A stretch of 64,000 bases of DNA from Candidatus Anstonellales archaeon. Its GTDB lineage: Archaea > Micrarchaeota > Micrarchaeia > Anstonellales > J096. Both the position numbers and the translations under genes were made by a program. This document shows positions 1-9,649 of this stretch, one piece after another; the first letter of the stretch is position 1, and every line of letters begins with the position of its first letter. The notes below the pieces were generated by a model. The model searched no databases. It was given only the letters and a program-made list of their open reading frames with translations, and was not told the origin of the DNA. The DNA is taken from NCBI GenBank assembly GCA_038896535.1, contig JAWACY010000001.1, forward strand, positions 64,001 through 128,000, in the 5' to 3' direction.

Positions 1-21
1 TATAGGTTATAATAAGGGGCT

Positions 22-258
22 GGAAGATTATAAGAAGGCGCCAATAAAAGGGTTAGCGCCTTCTTATAGTGAGTAAAAAGCGTCTGGAAGATGATAAGAA
101 GGCCACCATAAAAGGGTTAGCGCCTTCTTATGGGAGACTATAAGGGTCAGGAAGATGATAAGAAGGCCCCCATAATAGGGTTAGCGCCTTCTTATAGTGA
201 GTAAAGGGGTTTGGAAGATGATAAGAAGGCGCCAATAAAAGGGTTCGCGCCTTCTTAT
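22..258. repeat. Array of at least 4 palindromic units (ATAAGAAGGC-N18-GCCTTCTTAT, each preceded by GGAAGAT), period 63-64 bp, directly 3' of tRNA-Arg(CCT); may continue beyond the window start
   Basis: Left arms TAAGAAGGC at 31, 95, 159, 222; right arms GCCTTCTTA at 58, 122, 186, 249; inner 18-mers are related but not identical. Confidence 0.95.
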
Positions 259-260
259 AA

Positions 261-335
261 CGGGCTCGGAGGGATTTGAACCCTCGACCTACGCCTTAGG
301 AGAGCGCCGCTCTATCCAAGCTGAGCTACGAGCCC
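261..335 (-). tRNA. tRNA-Arg(CCT)
   Basis: Reverse complement GGGCTCGTAGCTCAGCTTGGATAGAGC...GCGCT-CTCCTAA-GGCGT...GGTTCAAATCCC...CGAGCCCG folds as a cloverleaf; no encoded CCA, no intron. Confidence 0.96.
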
Positions 336-399
336 TTAATTTAATCATTTATTAATAAATGAATAAAGTTATAAAAAGCATTACTAAAATTTAAATAGT

Positions 400-1500
400 A
401 TGGACAAATTGGATGAAAAAATAAAGCAGATAGAGGAAGAGCTCAAAAGAACTGAAAGAAATAAAGCAACTGAACACCATATCGGCTTTTTATTGGCAAA
501 ACTGGCAAAACTGAAAAAAGAAAAAGAACAAAGAGAACAAAGAAAGGCAGGGAGTAAGGTCGGTTTTGCTATAAAAAAACAGGGGGACGCAACAGCTTTT
601 CTTATAGGTTTTCCATCAGTTGGAAAGAGCACACTCATAAATAAGCTGACTGGAACCAAAAGTAAAGTGGCTGCTTATGAATTTACAACTCTTGAAGCTA
701 TTCCAGGCATTTTAAAACACAGGGGGTTTGAAATACAATTGATAGATGCTCCAGGCATAATAAAGGGGGCAAGCTGGGGTAAGGGAAGAGGAAAAGAGGT
801 TATATCTGCATTGAGGGCGGCCGACTTATTAATAATAGTACTAGAGCCAGATAATATAAAAGAAAAATTAGACATAATTAAAGAAGAACTCTATAATGCT
901 GGCATAAGGATAAATGAAAAAAAACCAGATATAAAAATAGAAAAAACTGATAGAGGCGGGATAAACATAACAAAAAAATCAAGCATTTCAATAAGCGAAG
1001 AGGTAATAAAGAAAATATTAATGGAATTCAATTATCACAATGCCAACATCACACTAAATGAGGATATTACAGTAGAAAGATTAATTGATGCGATAGCTGG
1101 AAACAGATTTTATGTGAAGGCAATATTTATTGTAAATAAATCTGATAAGTTAAGTAATAAACAGCAAGAAGAAATAAAAAAAGTAATAAAAGAGCCATTA
1201 ATATTCTTATCTGCAGAGAGAGGAACAAATATTGAAGAATTAAAAGATAAAATAACAGAAAATATTGGATTAATAAAAATCTATACAATGGATAAATTCG
1301 GAAAAATAGATCATGAAAGGCCCTTAGTTTTAAAAGAAAATTCAACAGTTGCAGATGCTTGTAAAAAAATCCATAGGGATCTGTTGAAAAATTTCAATTA
1401 TGCGAAAATATGGGGAAAATCAGCAAAATTCAATGGTCAAAAAGTTGGGTTAGAACATATATTGATGGATGGCGATGTCATTTTTATAAAAACAAAGTAA
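400..1500 (+). CDS. drg: DRG-family (OBG) GTPase with C-terminal TGS domain
   Basis: NKATEHH N-terminus, GFPSVGKS, YEFTT, DAPG, NKSD, TGS-like end (GQKVGLEHILMDGD). Confidence 0.93.
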   Translation: MDKLDEKIKQIEEELKRTERNKATEHHIGFLLAKLAKLKKEKEQREQRKAGSKVGFAIKKQGDATAFLIGFPSVGKSTLINKLTGTKSKVAAYEFTTLEAIPGILKHRGFEIQLIDAPGIIKGASWGKGRGKEVISALRAADLLIIVLEPDNIKEKLDIIKEELYNAGIRINEKKPDIKIEKTDRGGINITKKSSISISEEVIKKILMEFNYHNANITLNEDITVERLIDAIAGNRFYVKAIFIVNKSDKLSNKQQEEIKKVIKEPLIFLSAERGTNIEELKDKITENIGLIKIYTMDKFGKIDHERPLVLKENSTVADACKKIHRDLLKNFNYAKIWGKSAKFNGQKVGLEHILMDGDVIFIKTK

Positions 1501-1546
1501 ATCATAGTGAGTTTTAAATATTTTTATGTATAAAAATTAACACTAA

Positions 1547-1618
1547 GGGCTCTTAGCTCAGAGGTAGAGCGCCCGCCTTGCACGCGGGAGGCCGGGGGTT
1601 CAAATCCCCCAGAGTCCA
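1547..1618 (+). tRNA. tRNA-Ala(TGC)
   Basis: Cloverleaf with CCCGC-CTTGCAC-GCGGG anticodon arm, G3:U70 pair in the acceptor stem, A73. Confidence 0.96.
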
Positions 1619-1665
1619 TGCATTTTTCCTTTAATGTTTATTTATCACTAGCTTCAAAAATTTAG

Positions 1666-2670
1666 TTAGTCTATTCTTTGTGCTATTATTGTTCTGCTCC
1701 TTAATTTTACTGATTTGCTTAAATTTGCTATTAATGATGATATCTCATTTATTTCCATAATTTTGCCATTTCTCAACTTAATTAAAACTGGGTCTTCTTT
1801 TTTTAATACCCTGCCGGGTTTTATTATCATATATTCATTTTTGTTCATTTTATTTATTGTATTTTTGTCAACTTCTTTATATAATTTTCTTAAAAGTAAA
1901 TTGTTTGCTGTACTTATGTGTTTTGCCATTTTATTAAGACAAAAATTATCACCTTTCCATATCAAATCATCAATTGATATTATGCCTTTTTTCAACGCTT
2001 CCATTAATGCTCTTTTTAACATGGCATCTGCTATTCTCACAGTGCGATGCAAATAAACAGTAAAAAACATTAAATAACGGGCAATGAAAAGCATTTCAAC
2101 ATTTGAAAGGCCGCTTTCTCTTACTAATATTGTGCCATTTTTATATTCAAGATTAGTTAATAAATGCTCGTAATCGACATAACCAAAGTATACTCCACAA
2201 TAATAAGCATCTCTCCTTAAATAATCAAGCCTATCACTCCCAAGAGAAAATGATATGATCTTTTTTTCTTTTGCTCTTTCGATCTCTTTTCTTGTAAAGC
2301 TTGTTCCTTTTAAAGCTTCATCAACAAATGCTTCCCCGAATTCCTCGTGGTTTTTACTTATGCCAAGCTTGTTTAAAACCTCTTCCCCAGAATGAGAAAA
2401 TGCAACATGCCCAATATCATGCAAAAGTCCATATACTCTGGCTTTTTCAACGTCCATGCCAAGTTTTTCTGCAATTGCGCCAGAAATATAAGCTGTGCCA
2501 ATACTATGTTCAAATCTTGTGTGGTTTGCTCCCGGATAAACCAAATATGCCATTGACAGCTGTTTTATTAATCTCAACCTTTGGAATATTGGCTTATCTA
2601 TTATTTCCTTTTCTTCCTTTGTTAATTTTATGAGCCCCAATAAAGGGTCTCTTACCTCAATTCCATCCAT
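1666..2670 (-). CDS. HD-domain phosphohydrolase (SAMHD1/dGTPase-related)
   Basis: FQRLR.IKQL, HTRFEHSIG, LLHDIGH..FSH, DRLDYL.RD, VYLH. Confidence 0.9.
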   Translation of the reverse strand: MDGIEVRDPLLGLIKLTKEEKEIIDKPIFQRLRLIKQLSMAYLVYPGANHTRFEHSIGTAYISGAIAEKLGMDVEKARVYGLLHDIGHVAFSHSGEEVLNKLGISKNHEEFGEAFVDEALKGTSFTRKEIERAKEKKIISFSLGSDRLDYLRRDAYYCGVYFGYVDYEHLLTNLEYKNGTILVRESGLSNVEMLFIARYLMFFTVYLHRTVRIADAMLKRALMEALKKGIISIDDLIWKGDNFCLNKMAKHISTANNLLLRKLYKEVDKNTINKMNKNEYMIIKPGRVLKKEDPVLIKLRNGKIMEINEISSLIANLSKSVKLRSRTIIAQRID

Positions 2671-3899
2671 TACTTAAACCTCATTCCATCTTTGTTTATG
2701 TCTTCTATTTTTTCAATATCGAACTCAATTTTTTTTCCGAAATTATCTTTTATTACAATTGTATGCCCTTCTATTTTTTGGACAGCTCCAATAACATCAC
2801 CAAACGCATTATAAGCATTCATCCCTGAGACATCTAAATTATTAATGAAGTTCTTTTTTAATGAATCAAGATACGTATAAATTATATAAGATGAAGCCAA
2901 TATAACAAAGCCGTATTTAATAACGTCTGCAAATGAAAAGAATGGCTGAGAATCATTTATTATCCACCTGATGAGTATTTTAACAAATAGAAAAATTGCT
3001 ATGAGTGATATTAATAAGGCTGAACTTGTCAAAAGCCTGAATGCATTACTTTCGTAATAAGATAATAATGTCTTCCATATCGCCAGCATAAATGCTATAA
3101 AAAAAATAAATGTTATCAATATATCAAAAGAACTTGCATAAGCAATCAAAACTCCCTCTTTAAGCTTTGACTCATAATTAGAGACAGTAACAACAAAGGC
3201 AACAATAATGAATAAAGTAAGTATAACTGTAACAAGTGCTTTTAAATTGCCTTCAATGTTTATGTTGAATGCCTCAATGACCTTATTATCTATACTAAAA
3301 CCTCTCGCTAATAAATAAGCTCCAAAGATAAATGTAACATACTGCCATGGGATATTAAAGAGCTGTATTAAAGAAGCGAATATCAATATCAATGCTGGTA
3401 AGCCAAATACGATTTTTGCATAATATGGGTCTTTTAATTTTTCTATCAGTAAAAAATAGGCTTTTTCAAGTTCTTTTGCTTGCTTTACATACAACACATC
3501 TGTTGCCTCTATTTTTACTCTTGAGTCAATGACCGGCACTATAGATTCATCACTCACACCATCAGTTACCAATATGGCTGAATCTGCATGAATAGATTTT
3601 AATATTGTATCAAGCTGGTTTGATATTCTTTTTGTTGCTTTAATACCAAGGTCTTTATGGCCAGCCAATAGAACTATTTCAACATCGCTTGATTTTTTCT
3701 TTAATGACCTATAAATTTTTATTGCTTTGAATATAACATTTGCATCCGGATCCTCTGGGTCTGCAACAGCAAGTCTTGTTGCTGCTTCTAAACATGCTTG
3801 CTCACCAATAACAGGAGCAGATAAATGCGCTTTTCTTCCTAGGTCATCATCTATATCTACAGCGATCACAAGCTTTGTCATATGTATTTTTAATACCAT
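2670..3899 (-). CDS. DUF373 family membrane protein, possibly with a small C-terminal beta-barrel domain
   Basis: VDIDDDLGRK, DPEDPDAN, VTDG..DE, VKQ motifs followed by several TM helices. Confidence 0.85.
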   Translation of the reverse strand: MVLKIHMTKLVIAVDIDDDLGRKAHLSAPVIGEQACLEAATRLAVADPEDPDANVIFKAIKIYRSLKKKSSDVEIVLLAGHKDLGIKATKRISNQLDTILKSIHADSAILVTDGVSDESIVPVIDSRVKIEATDVLYVKQAKELEKAYFLLIEKLKDPYYAKIVFGLPALILIFASLIQLFNIPWQYVTFIFGAYLLARGFSIDNKVIEAFNINIEGNLKALVTVILTLFIIVAFVVTVSNYESKLKEGVLIAYASSFDILITFIFFIAFMLAIWKTLLSYYESNAFRLLTSSALLISLIAIFLFVKILIRWIINDSQPFFSFADVIKYGFVILASSYIIYTYLDSLKKNFINNLDVSGMNAYNAFGDVIGAVQKIEGHTIVIKDNFGKKIEFDIEKIEDINKDGMRFK

Positions 3900-3926
3900 T
3901 GCTTTAAAATTATTATAGGTGGCGCT

Positions 3927-4187
3927 ATGAAGTTTACTTTATTAAAAGTTGGTAAAGAAGAACTTGAACTTGAATTAGATGAAGCAGACCCTACTTTAAC
4001 AGAATTATTAGCAGAAAAGTTGAATGAATATGATAATGTAGAATTTGCAGCATCAAGGTGGGACCACCCCTTAGTTGAAAAACCAAGGCTTTATTTAAAA
4101 GTAAATAAAGGCGAAGCAATGAAAACACTAAAAAAAGCAATTGAAGATTTAAAAAAAGATATAAAGAAAATAGAAAATGGACTTTAA
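3927..4187 (+). CDS. rpoL: RNA polymerase subunit Rpo11 (L)
   Basis: 86 aa; VEFAAS..DHPL...P motif; AGGTG RBS-like sequence upstream. Confidence 0.88.
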   Translation: MKFTLLKVGKEELELELDEADPTLTELLAEKLNEYDNVEFAASRWDHPLVEKPRLYLKVNKGEAMKTLKKAIEDLKKDIKKIENGL

Positions 4188-5118
4188 AAGCATATTTATT
4201 GATCCGAAATTACAAATCATCATACTTATACTACTGCTTTTATCTTATATCATAATGCCATTAAATATAAAATCATACATTGGCATTATTGCAGGTTTAT
4301 ACATAATATCTGCTTTTATCATGCAAACAAAAGAGTCAATAAAAGAGCACGGCATTATAAATGAATTAAAAGAGTTATTAATGATAATAATATTGATAGT
4401 TGGTATTTTGATGTTTCTAAAATTCTGGTTTAAAACAGATGCTCCAATAAGTGCTATAGCAAGCTGTTCAATGGCAAAAAACATTAACAGAGGAGATTTA
4501 ATATTTTTAAGTAATAGAGATAACATTAATGCTGAAATAAAAATTAACGCTAGTATAGATGATTTATTTAATCTTAAAACATCTATAATATTTAATAACT
4601 CCGAAATAGCAACTCTAAACGGCTCTTTGTTTATTTATTGTAGAGATAAACAAAATGACATATGCAGGATATTCAATTTAAATCCAGATATGTTTGCTGA
4701 AAAAAGAGGGCCATATTTATTTTATTATGGACAATGCTATAGGAATAATAAAATGGAGCCTTGTATAACAGATATTGGTTTTGGAGATAAAAGATATAAA
4801 ATAAGATTTACTGGTGATGTAATAGCTTATAGGCCAGCTAACGGAACATTATTTTCATTTACAGGGGATATTGTACATCGTGCCATCATTGAAATCAATG
4901 ATAACGGAAACGTCTTTTACATAACAAAAGGGGATAATAATAATATTTTTGATATACAAATTTATAACGCTGGTTTATATAACACACCTGTAAGTAAAAA
5001 TCAAGTCATAGGAAAAGTTATTTACTCTCTGCCATATCTTGGTTATTACAAACTCTTTATAAGTCCATATGTTGCTGAGGATTATAGTTGTATAAACACG
5101 CTCCTGCCACCATCTTAA
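4177..5118 (+). CDS. Signal peptidase I (S26B/Sec11-type) with extra N-terminal TM helices and a large insertion
   Basis: S.SM...I.RGDL, IVHR, TKGDNN, VIGKV...PYLG motifs. Confidence 0.82.
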   Translation: MDFKSIFIDPKLQIIILILLLLSYIIMPLNIKSYIGIIAGLYIISAFIMQTKESIKEHGIINELKELLMIIILIVGILMFLKFWFKTDAPISAIASCSMAKNINRGDLIFLSNRDNINAEIKINASIDDLFNLKTSIIFNNSEIATLNGSLFIYCRDKQNDICRIFNLNPDMFAEKRGPYLFYYGQCYRNNKMEPCITDIGFGDKRYKIRFTGDVIAYRPANGTLFSFTGDIVHRAIIEINDNGNVFYITKGDNNNIFDIQIYNAGLYNTPVSKNQVIGKVIYSLPYLGYYKLFISPYVAEDYSCINTLLPPS

Positions 5119-5177
5119 ACAGCTTATTAAAAATAAAAAGATAGCATAAATTTATAATCATAATTTAAAATATAAGT

Positions 5178-7574
5178 ATGCAAGCGGACTATAGGGACAA
5201 AGCACATAAAAACAAATTAAAAAAGGCTATATTGTTAGATGTTGATTACGTATATAACAAAAAATTTGATGCTGGTTTTATAAGTCTGCTATTAAAAACG
5301 CAGAACGGCATAATAAGAAGATTTTATAAGTTTGACCCATATTTTCTAGTTGATACAAAAGAAATCGAGCGGGGATTAAGATTGCTTAAAAGCCAAAATA
5401 TAGATGCAAGTGCTGAAAAAACAGAGAGAATAATAAATAATGAGAAAAAACAGTTATGGAAAATAATAACAAAAAAGCCGAGCCTTATACCAAAAGCAAA
5501 AAAAATATTGGAAGCTGGCCTTGAAAATGCATCATTTTATGAATATGACATACCTATAAAAAAACGTTTTATGATTGACTATGGGATAGAACCATTCAAT
5601 GAGATATACTATAAATTAAAAGACAAAAGATTAATAGAAGAAATAAAAAATCAAAAGGAGGCTAAGCCCCATTTCAAATTAATGAGTTTCGATATTGAAG
5701 TTTATAACCCACAAGGTGTACCAAATCCTGATAAAGATAATATAATAATTATATCATATAAAAAAGATGATAAAGCATCAGCTATTTCTACTTCACATGC
5801 AAAAAATTCAGCCTTTGCAAAAGATGAGAAAGAACTCTTATTAAAGTTTGATGAACTCATAAAAGAAGAAAAGCCAGACATTATATTTGGCTATAACTCT
5901 TCCTTATTTGACTTTCCATACATAGAAAAAAGGGCAAAGAAACTAAAAATAAAATTGCAGTTGCTGAAAAAATCAAAGAGAATAAGCAAGGGCCTAATAA
6001 AAGGATATAAACTCAGAAGACATATACATCTTGACCTATATCATATAGCAAGATTGCTAAACATTATGGGTATTATTGAAGCTGAAAGACTAACATTGGC
6101 AGATTTGTACAAATCTTTATTCGCAAAAGATAAGTATATGCTTAATAGGCTTGAAATATGGAAATACTGGGACAAAGGGGATAAAGAAGACACTATTAAA
6201 TATGCAATAGGAGATGCTGAAGCAACATTTGAAATAGCAAAAGAGTTTCTTCCTTTAGAAGTTGAACTTGCAAAAACAGCAAAAACAACACTCTTTGATG
6301 TCTCTTTATCAACTGCTGGCCAATTAGTTGAAAGTATGCTTATGTTCTATGCTGCAAAAGAACGCCAACTCATTCCAAAAAAGCCAAACGAGAATGAAAT
6401 AGCAAAAAGGCTTTTGATGCCAATAAAAGGGGGTTTTGTAAAACTACCGATGCCAGGCATTTATGACAATTTAGCTGTTCTTGATTTTAGGGGGTTGTAC
6501 CCTTCAATAATAGTGTCTTATAATGTTGATCCATCAACAATAGCAAATGGAAATGAAGAAGATGTTTTTATTTCACCAACCGGGATAAAATTTAAAAAAA
6601 GGCCCATTGGTTTAATACCAAAAGTACTTGATGAAATAATAGAAAAAAGAAAGGAAATAAAAAAGGTAGTAAAAAAGAGCAATGACCCCTATTTAAAAGC
6701 AAGAAGTCAGGCATTAAAAATATTGGCAAATTCATTTTACGGTTATCTGGGCTATGCTAGAAGTAGGTGGTATAACAGGGATTGCGCTGAAAGCATAACT
6801 GCATGGGGGAGGGAGCACATAAAAAAGGCTGAAGAAGAAGCTGAAAAAAGAGGCTTTGAGGTTCTTTATATAGATACAGATTCATTATTTTTACTAATGA
6901 AAAATAAAACAAAAGAAAGTGTTTTGGAATTTATAAAGGAATTCAACAAAAAATTGCCAGAAAAAATGGAATTAGAGCTTGAAAGTTTTTATAAAAGAGC
7001 ACTATTTGTAAGCAAAAAAGCAGAAGAAAAAGGGGCAAAAAAGAAATATGCTATGCTTGCGGAAGACGGGACAATAAAAATAAGGGGGTTCGAGCTTGTT
7101 AGGAGGGATTGGAGCGATATAGCACGAGAAACGCAAAGGGCTGTACTTGAAACTATATTAAAAGAAGAAAATAAGGAAAATGCATTGAAACATGCGATAT
7201 CAATAGTAAGAGATGTAATAGAAAAAATAAGGAATGGGCAGTTGCCAATAGAAAAATTTATAATAAAAACACAGATAAATAAAGGACTTGATGAATATGA
7301 AGCAACAAGCCCAGAACTCATTGCTGCAAAAAGATTAAAGTCAATTGGAAGAGACGTTGGAAGGGGAAGTGTCATAAGTTATGTTATAACAAAAAAAGGA
7401 AATAGTATATCTGAAAAATCTTATCCATATGAGCTTGCTGATAGTTATGATCCAGAATATTATATAAAAAATCAAATACTGCCTGCTGTTATGAAATTAT
7501 TAAAAGAACTTGGCATAAAAGAAGAAGAATTAACAAACAGTTTAGACCAAAAATCTTTGAAGCACTATTTTTAA
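5178..7574 (+). CDS. polB: Family B DNA polymerase, intein-free
   Basis: Exo motifs FDIE, GYN...FDFPY, Y...D; Pol motifs DFRGLYPS, K..ANSFYG, YIDTDS. Confidence 0.96.
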   Translation: MQADYRDKAHKNKLKKAILLDVDYVYNKKFDAGFISLLLKTQNGIIRRFYKFDPYFLVDTKEIERGLRLLKSQNIDASAEKTERIINNEKKQLWKIITKKPSLIPKAKKILEAGLENASFYEYDIPIKKRFMIDYGIEPFNEIYYKLKDKRLIEEIKNQKEAKPHFKLMSFDIEVYNPQGVPNPDKDNIIIISYKKDDKASAISTSHAKNSAFAKDEKELLLKFDELIKEEKPDIIFGYNSSLFDFPYIEKRAKKLKIKLQLLKKSKRISKGLIKGYKLRRHIHLDLYHIARLLNIMGIIEAERLTLADLYKSLFAKDKYMLNRLEIWKYWDKGDKEDTIKYAIGDAEATFEIAKEFLPLEVELAKTAKTTLFDVSLSTAGQLVESMLMFYAAKERQLIPKKPNENEIAKRLLMPIKGGFVKLPMPGIYDNLAVLDFRGLYPSIIVSYNVDPSTIANGNEEDVFISPTGIKFKKRPIGLIPKVLDEIIEKRKEIKKVVKKSNDPYLKARSQALKILANSFYGYLGYARSRWYNRDCAESITAWGREHIKKAEEEAEKRGFEVLYIDTDSLFLLMKNKTKESVLEFIKEFNKKLPEKMELELESFYKRALFVSKKAEEKGAKKKYAMLAEDGTIKIRGFELVRRDWSDIARETQRAVLETILKEENKENALKHAISIVRDVIEKIRNGQLPIEKFIIKTQINKGLDEYEATSPELIAAKRLKSIGRDVGRGSVISYVITKKGNSISEKSYPYELADSYDPEYYIKNQILPAVMKLLKELGIKEEELTNSLDQKSLKHYF

Positions 7575-7599
7575 ATTTTTGCCCACATTATTTATTAAT

Positions 7600-8559
7600 A
7601 TGGATAGAAAACTATTTGAAAAAATTATTGATATTGTAGAAAGACATAAGAATGATATAGAAGAAAGTGCTTCAATAACAAAGGCACCATTAAAATTATT
7701 TTCATATCAGCTAAAAAAAGACCCAATGGGTTTTTTAGAGTGGCCAATATATTTTATACTAAAACCATTATCAATAAGGGTGAATTTAAATAATTATTTT
7801 CAGGTTTCTAAATTTATATATAAAAGGCGTTTGCTAAGAGCTCAGTATATACTATCAAAATTTTCCGAACAGGAAAATAAAATACTTGAAAATGTATTAA
7901 AGAATTTAGATCCACTGCAAAAAACAACATTCCTTGATTTTTTTAATGGTATAGTAGTAAAAGACCAATATCATGCAAGGGAATTTATCAAAGACGGCCA
8001 AACAATCATTGATTGCGGGGCCAATATCGGCATTTTTTCTATTTTTGCTTCTTATTTAAATGAAAATGGAAAGATATATGCAATAGAGCCAGTTCGTGAA
8101 ACAACAGAAGTAATTAAAAAATTTTTAGGGGCGTTTAAAGTAAAAAATGTTAAGATCATAAGAAATGCCGTTGGTAATAAAAAAGAGAAAAAATCAATGT
8201 ATTTAGAAAGTGGTATTAAGACTAGTGGTAGTAATTCTCTTATTCAAGGATGGGTAAACTATGACACAATTATTAATGTTGAAGTAAATACAATAGACAA
8301 CATCGTTAGAGAAAACAATATGAAAAGTGTTGATTTCATAAAAATGGATATAGAGGGTTATGAAAAAGAGGCATTAACTGGGGCACTTAAAACAATAAGA
8401 AAATTTAAGCCAGTTATAGCAGTTAGTGCATATCACCATAGAGATGATAAAATTTTATTACCAAAAATCATAAAAATGGCTGGCGTTCATTATGGAGTAA
8501 AGTTTGTTAAAGAAGCGGAGGAAGATTTTATTTTTTATCCGAGTGAATCCTATGCATAA
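7600..8559 (+). CDS. FkbM-family SAM-dependent methyltransferase
   Basis: IDCGANIG, AIEP, FIKMDIEGYE..L.GA; ATG at 7600 preferred over TTG at 7579. Confidence 0.88.
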   Translation: MDRKLFEKIIDIVERHKNDIEESASITKAPLKLFSYQLKKDPMGFLEWPIYFILKPLSIRVNLNNYFQVSKFIYKRRLLRAQYILSKFSEQENKILENVLKNLDPLQKTTFLDFFNGIVVKDQYHAREFIKDGQTIIDCGANIGIFSIFASYLNENGKIYAIEPVRETTEVIKKFLGAFKVKNVKIIRNAVGNKKEKKSMYLESGIKTSGSNSLIQGWVNYDTIINVEVNTIDNIVRENNMKSVDFIKMDIEGYEKEALTGALKTIRKFKPVIAVSAYHHRDDKILLPKIIKMAGVHYGVKFVKEAEEDFIFYPSESYA

Positions 8560-9649
8560 AATCGCTATTTCTGTGGGCACTATAGCAGAACTTATAAAAA
8601 TGAGCCCAGTTATGAGACTTTTGGAAAAAAATGGCATAGATTACACTTTTATTCATACAGGCCAACATGATTTTAATAAAGATTTACTCATTGATCTGGA
8701 AGTAAAAAAACCAGATTTTTCTGTTCAGGTTTTTAATAATGCGCCTATTAGGGGTAGAATATCAAGTATTACTAATCTAACAAATTTTTTTTTTAATACA
8801 ACATTTAAAATAAACAATTATCTAAAGAAAAAAAATATATCATTAAATATGGTACATGGTGATACCTTATCTACACTTGTCTGTAGTCTTGCTACAAAAA
8901 TAATGACAAACACTAAATTGGCGCATATTGAAGCTGGACTTAGAAGCTTTGATTTTTTTGAACCTTTCCCTGAGGAGATCATAAGATTTAGTGTTGATCA
9001 AATGTGCGATATAGCATTTTGTCCAACTAAAAAGGCTTTATATAATATAAAAAATAAAAAAAATGCGTTTGTAACAGGTAACACAGTTATCGATGCTCTA
9101 ATATTCAACTTAAAAAAGCATAAAATAAAAGTAAAGGATAATGATTACATTATAGCAAAAATACATAGAGTAGAAAATTTGAATAATAAATTCAGAATTA
9201 AAGAAATTTATAAAGTCTTGAAATCAATGAATTATAAAACAATATTTATAATGTTTCCGAATACAAAAAATGTTTTTGAGTCTTTAGGGTTGCTTGATGA
9301 ATTAAAAAAGAATAAAAACATAATAATATATGATTTTTTATTATATAAAGATTTTTTAAAGCTCTTTGCAAATTGCAAGCTTATTATAACTGATAGTGGA
9401 GGAGAAGTAGAAGAAGCAACATATCTAAAAAAACCAGTAATATCGTTTAGAAAAAAGTCAGAAAGACTAGAAGCTGAAGAAGTTGGTATAGCTAGAAGAT
9501 CAATTAATAGTCAAGAAATACTGAAATTAGTTGACGAAATATTTAATCATGGAGAAATATACAAAAAAGCAAAAAAAGCTAAATGCCCCTATGGAGAAGG
9601 AAAAGCAGCATTTAAAATAATTTCACATATAAAGGATATTTATGAATAA
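8552..9649 (+). CDS. wecB: UDP-N-acetylglucosamine 2-epimerase (WecB-like)
   Basis: GT..E.IKM, HTGQH, VHGDT, HIEAGLRS, PEE, GNTVID, HR.EN, TDSGG, PYGEG.A; ATG at 8552. Confidence 0.9.
   Translation: MHKIAISVGTIAELIKMSPVMRLLEKNGIDYTFIHTGQHDFNKDLLIDLEVKKPDFSVQVFNNAPIRGRISSITNLTNFFFNTTFKINNYLKKKNISLNMVHGDTLSTLVCSLATKIMTNTKLAHIEAGLRSFDFFEPFPEEIIRFSVDQMCDIAFCPTKKALYNIKNKKNAFVTGNTVIDALIFNLKKHKIKVKDNDYIIAKIHRVENLNNKFRIKEIYKVLKSMNYKTIFIMFPNTKNVFESLGLLDELKKNKNIIIYDFLLYKDFLKLFANCKLIITDSGGEVEEATYLKKPVISFRKKSERLEAEEVGIARRSINSQEILKLVDEIFNHGEIYKKAKKAKCPYGEGKAAFKIISHIKDIYE

Noticed and set aside
1..260. CRISPR array interpretation of the repeats (also 47950-48231)
   Set aside because: The period is CRISPR-like, but the would-be spacers resemble each other, the would-be repeat has a variable centre, and there is no leader or cas gene in the window.
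5178..7574. Inteins or inactivation in PolB (and in DP2 at 42844-46098)
   Set aside because: Lengths are normal, catalytic motifs are intact and contiguous, and no intein or LAGLIDADG motifs are seen.
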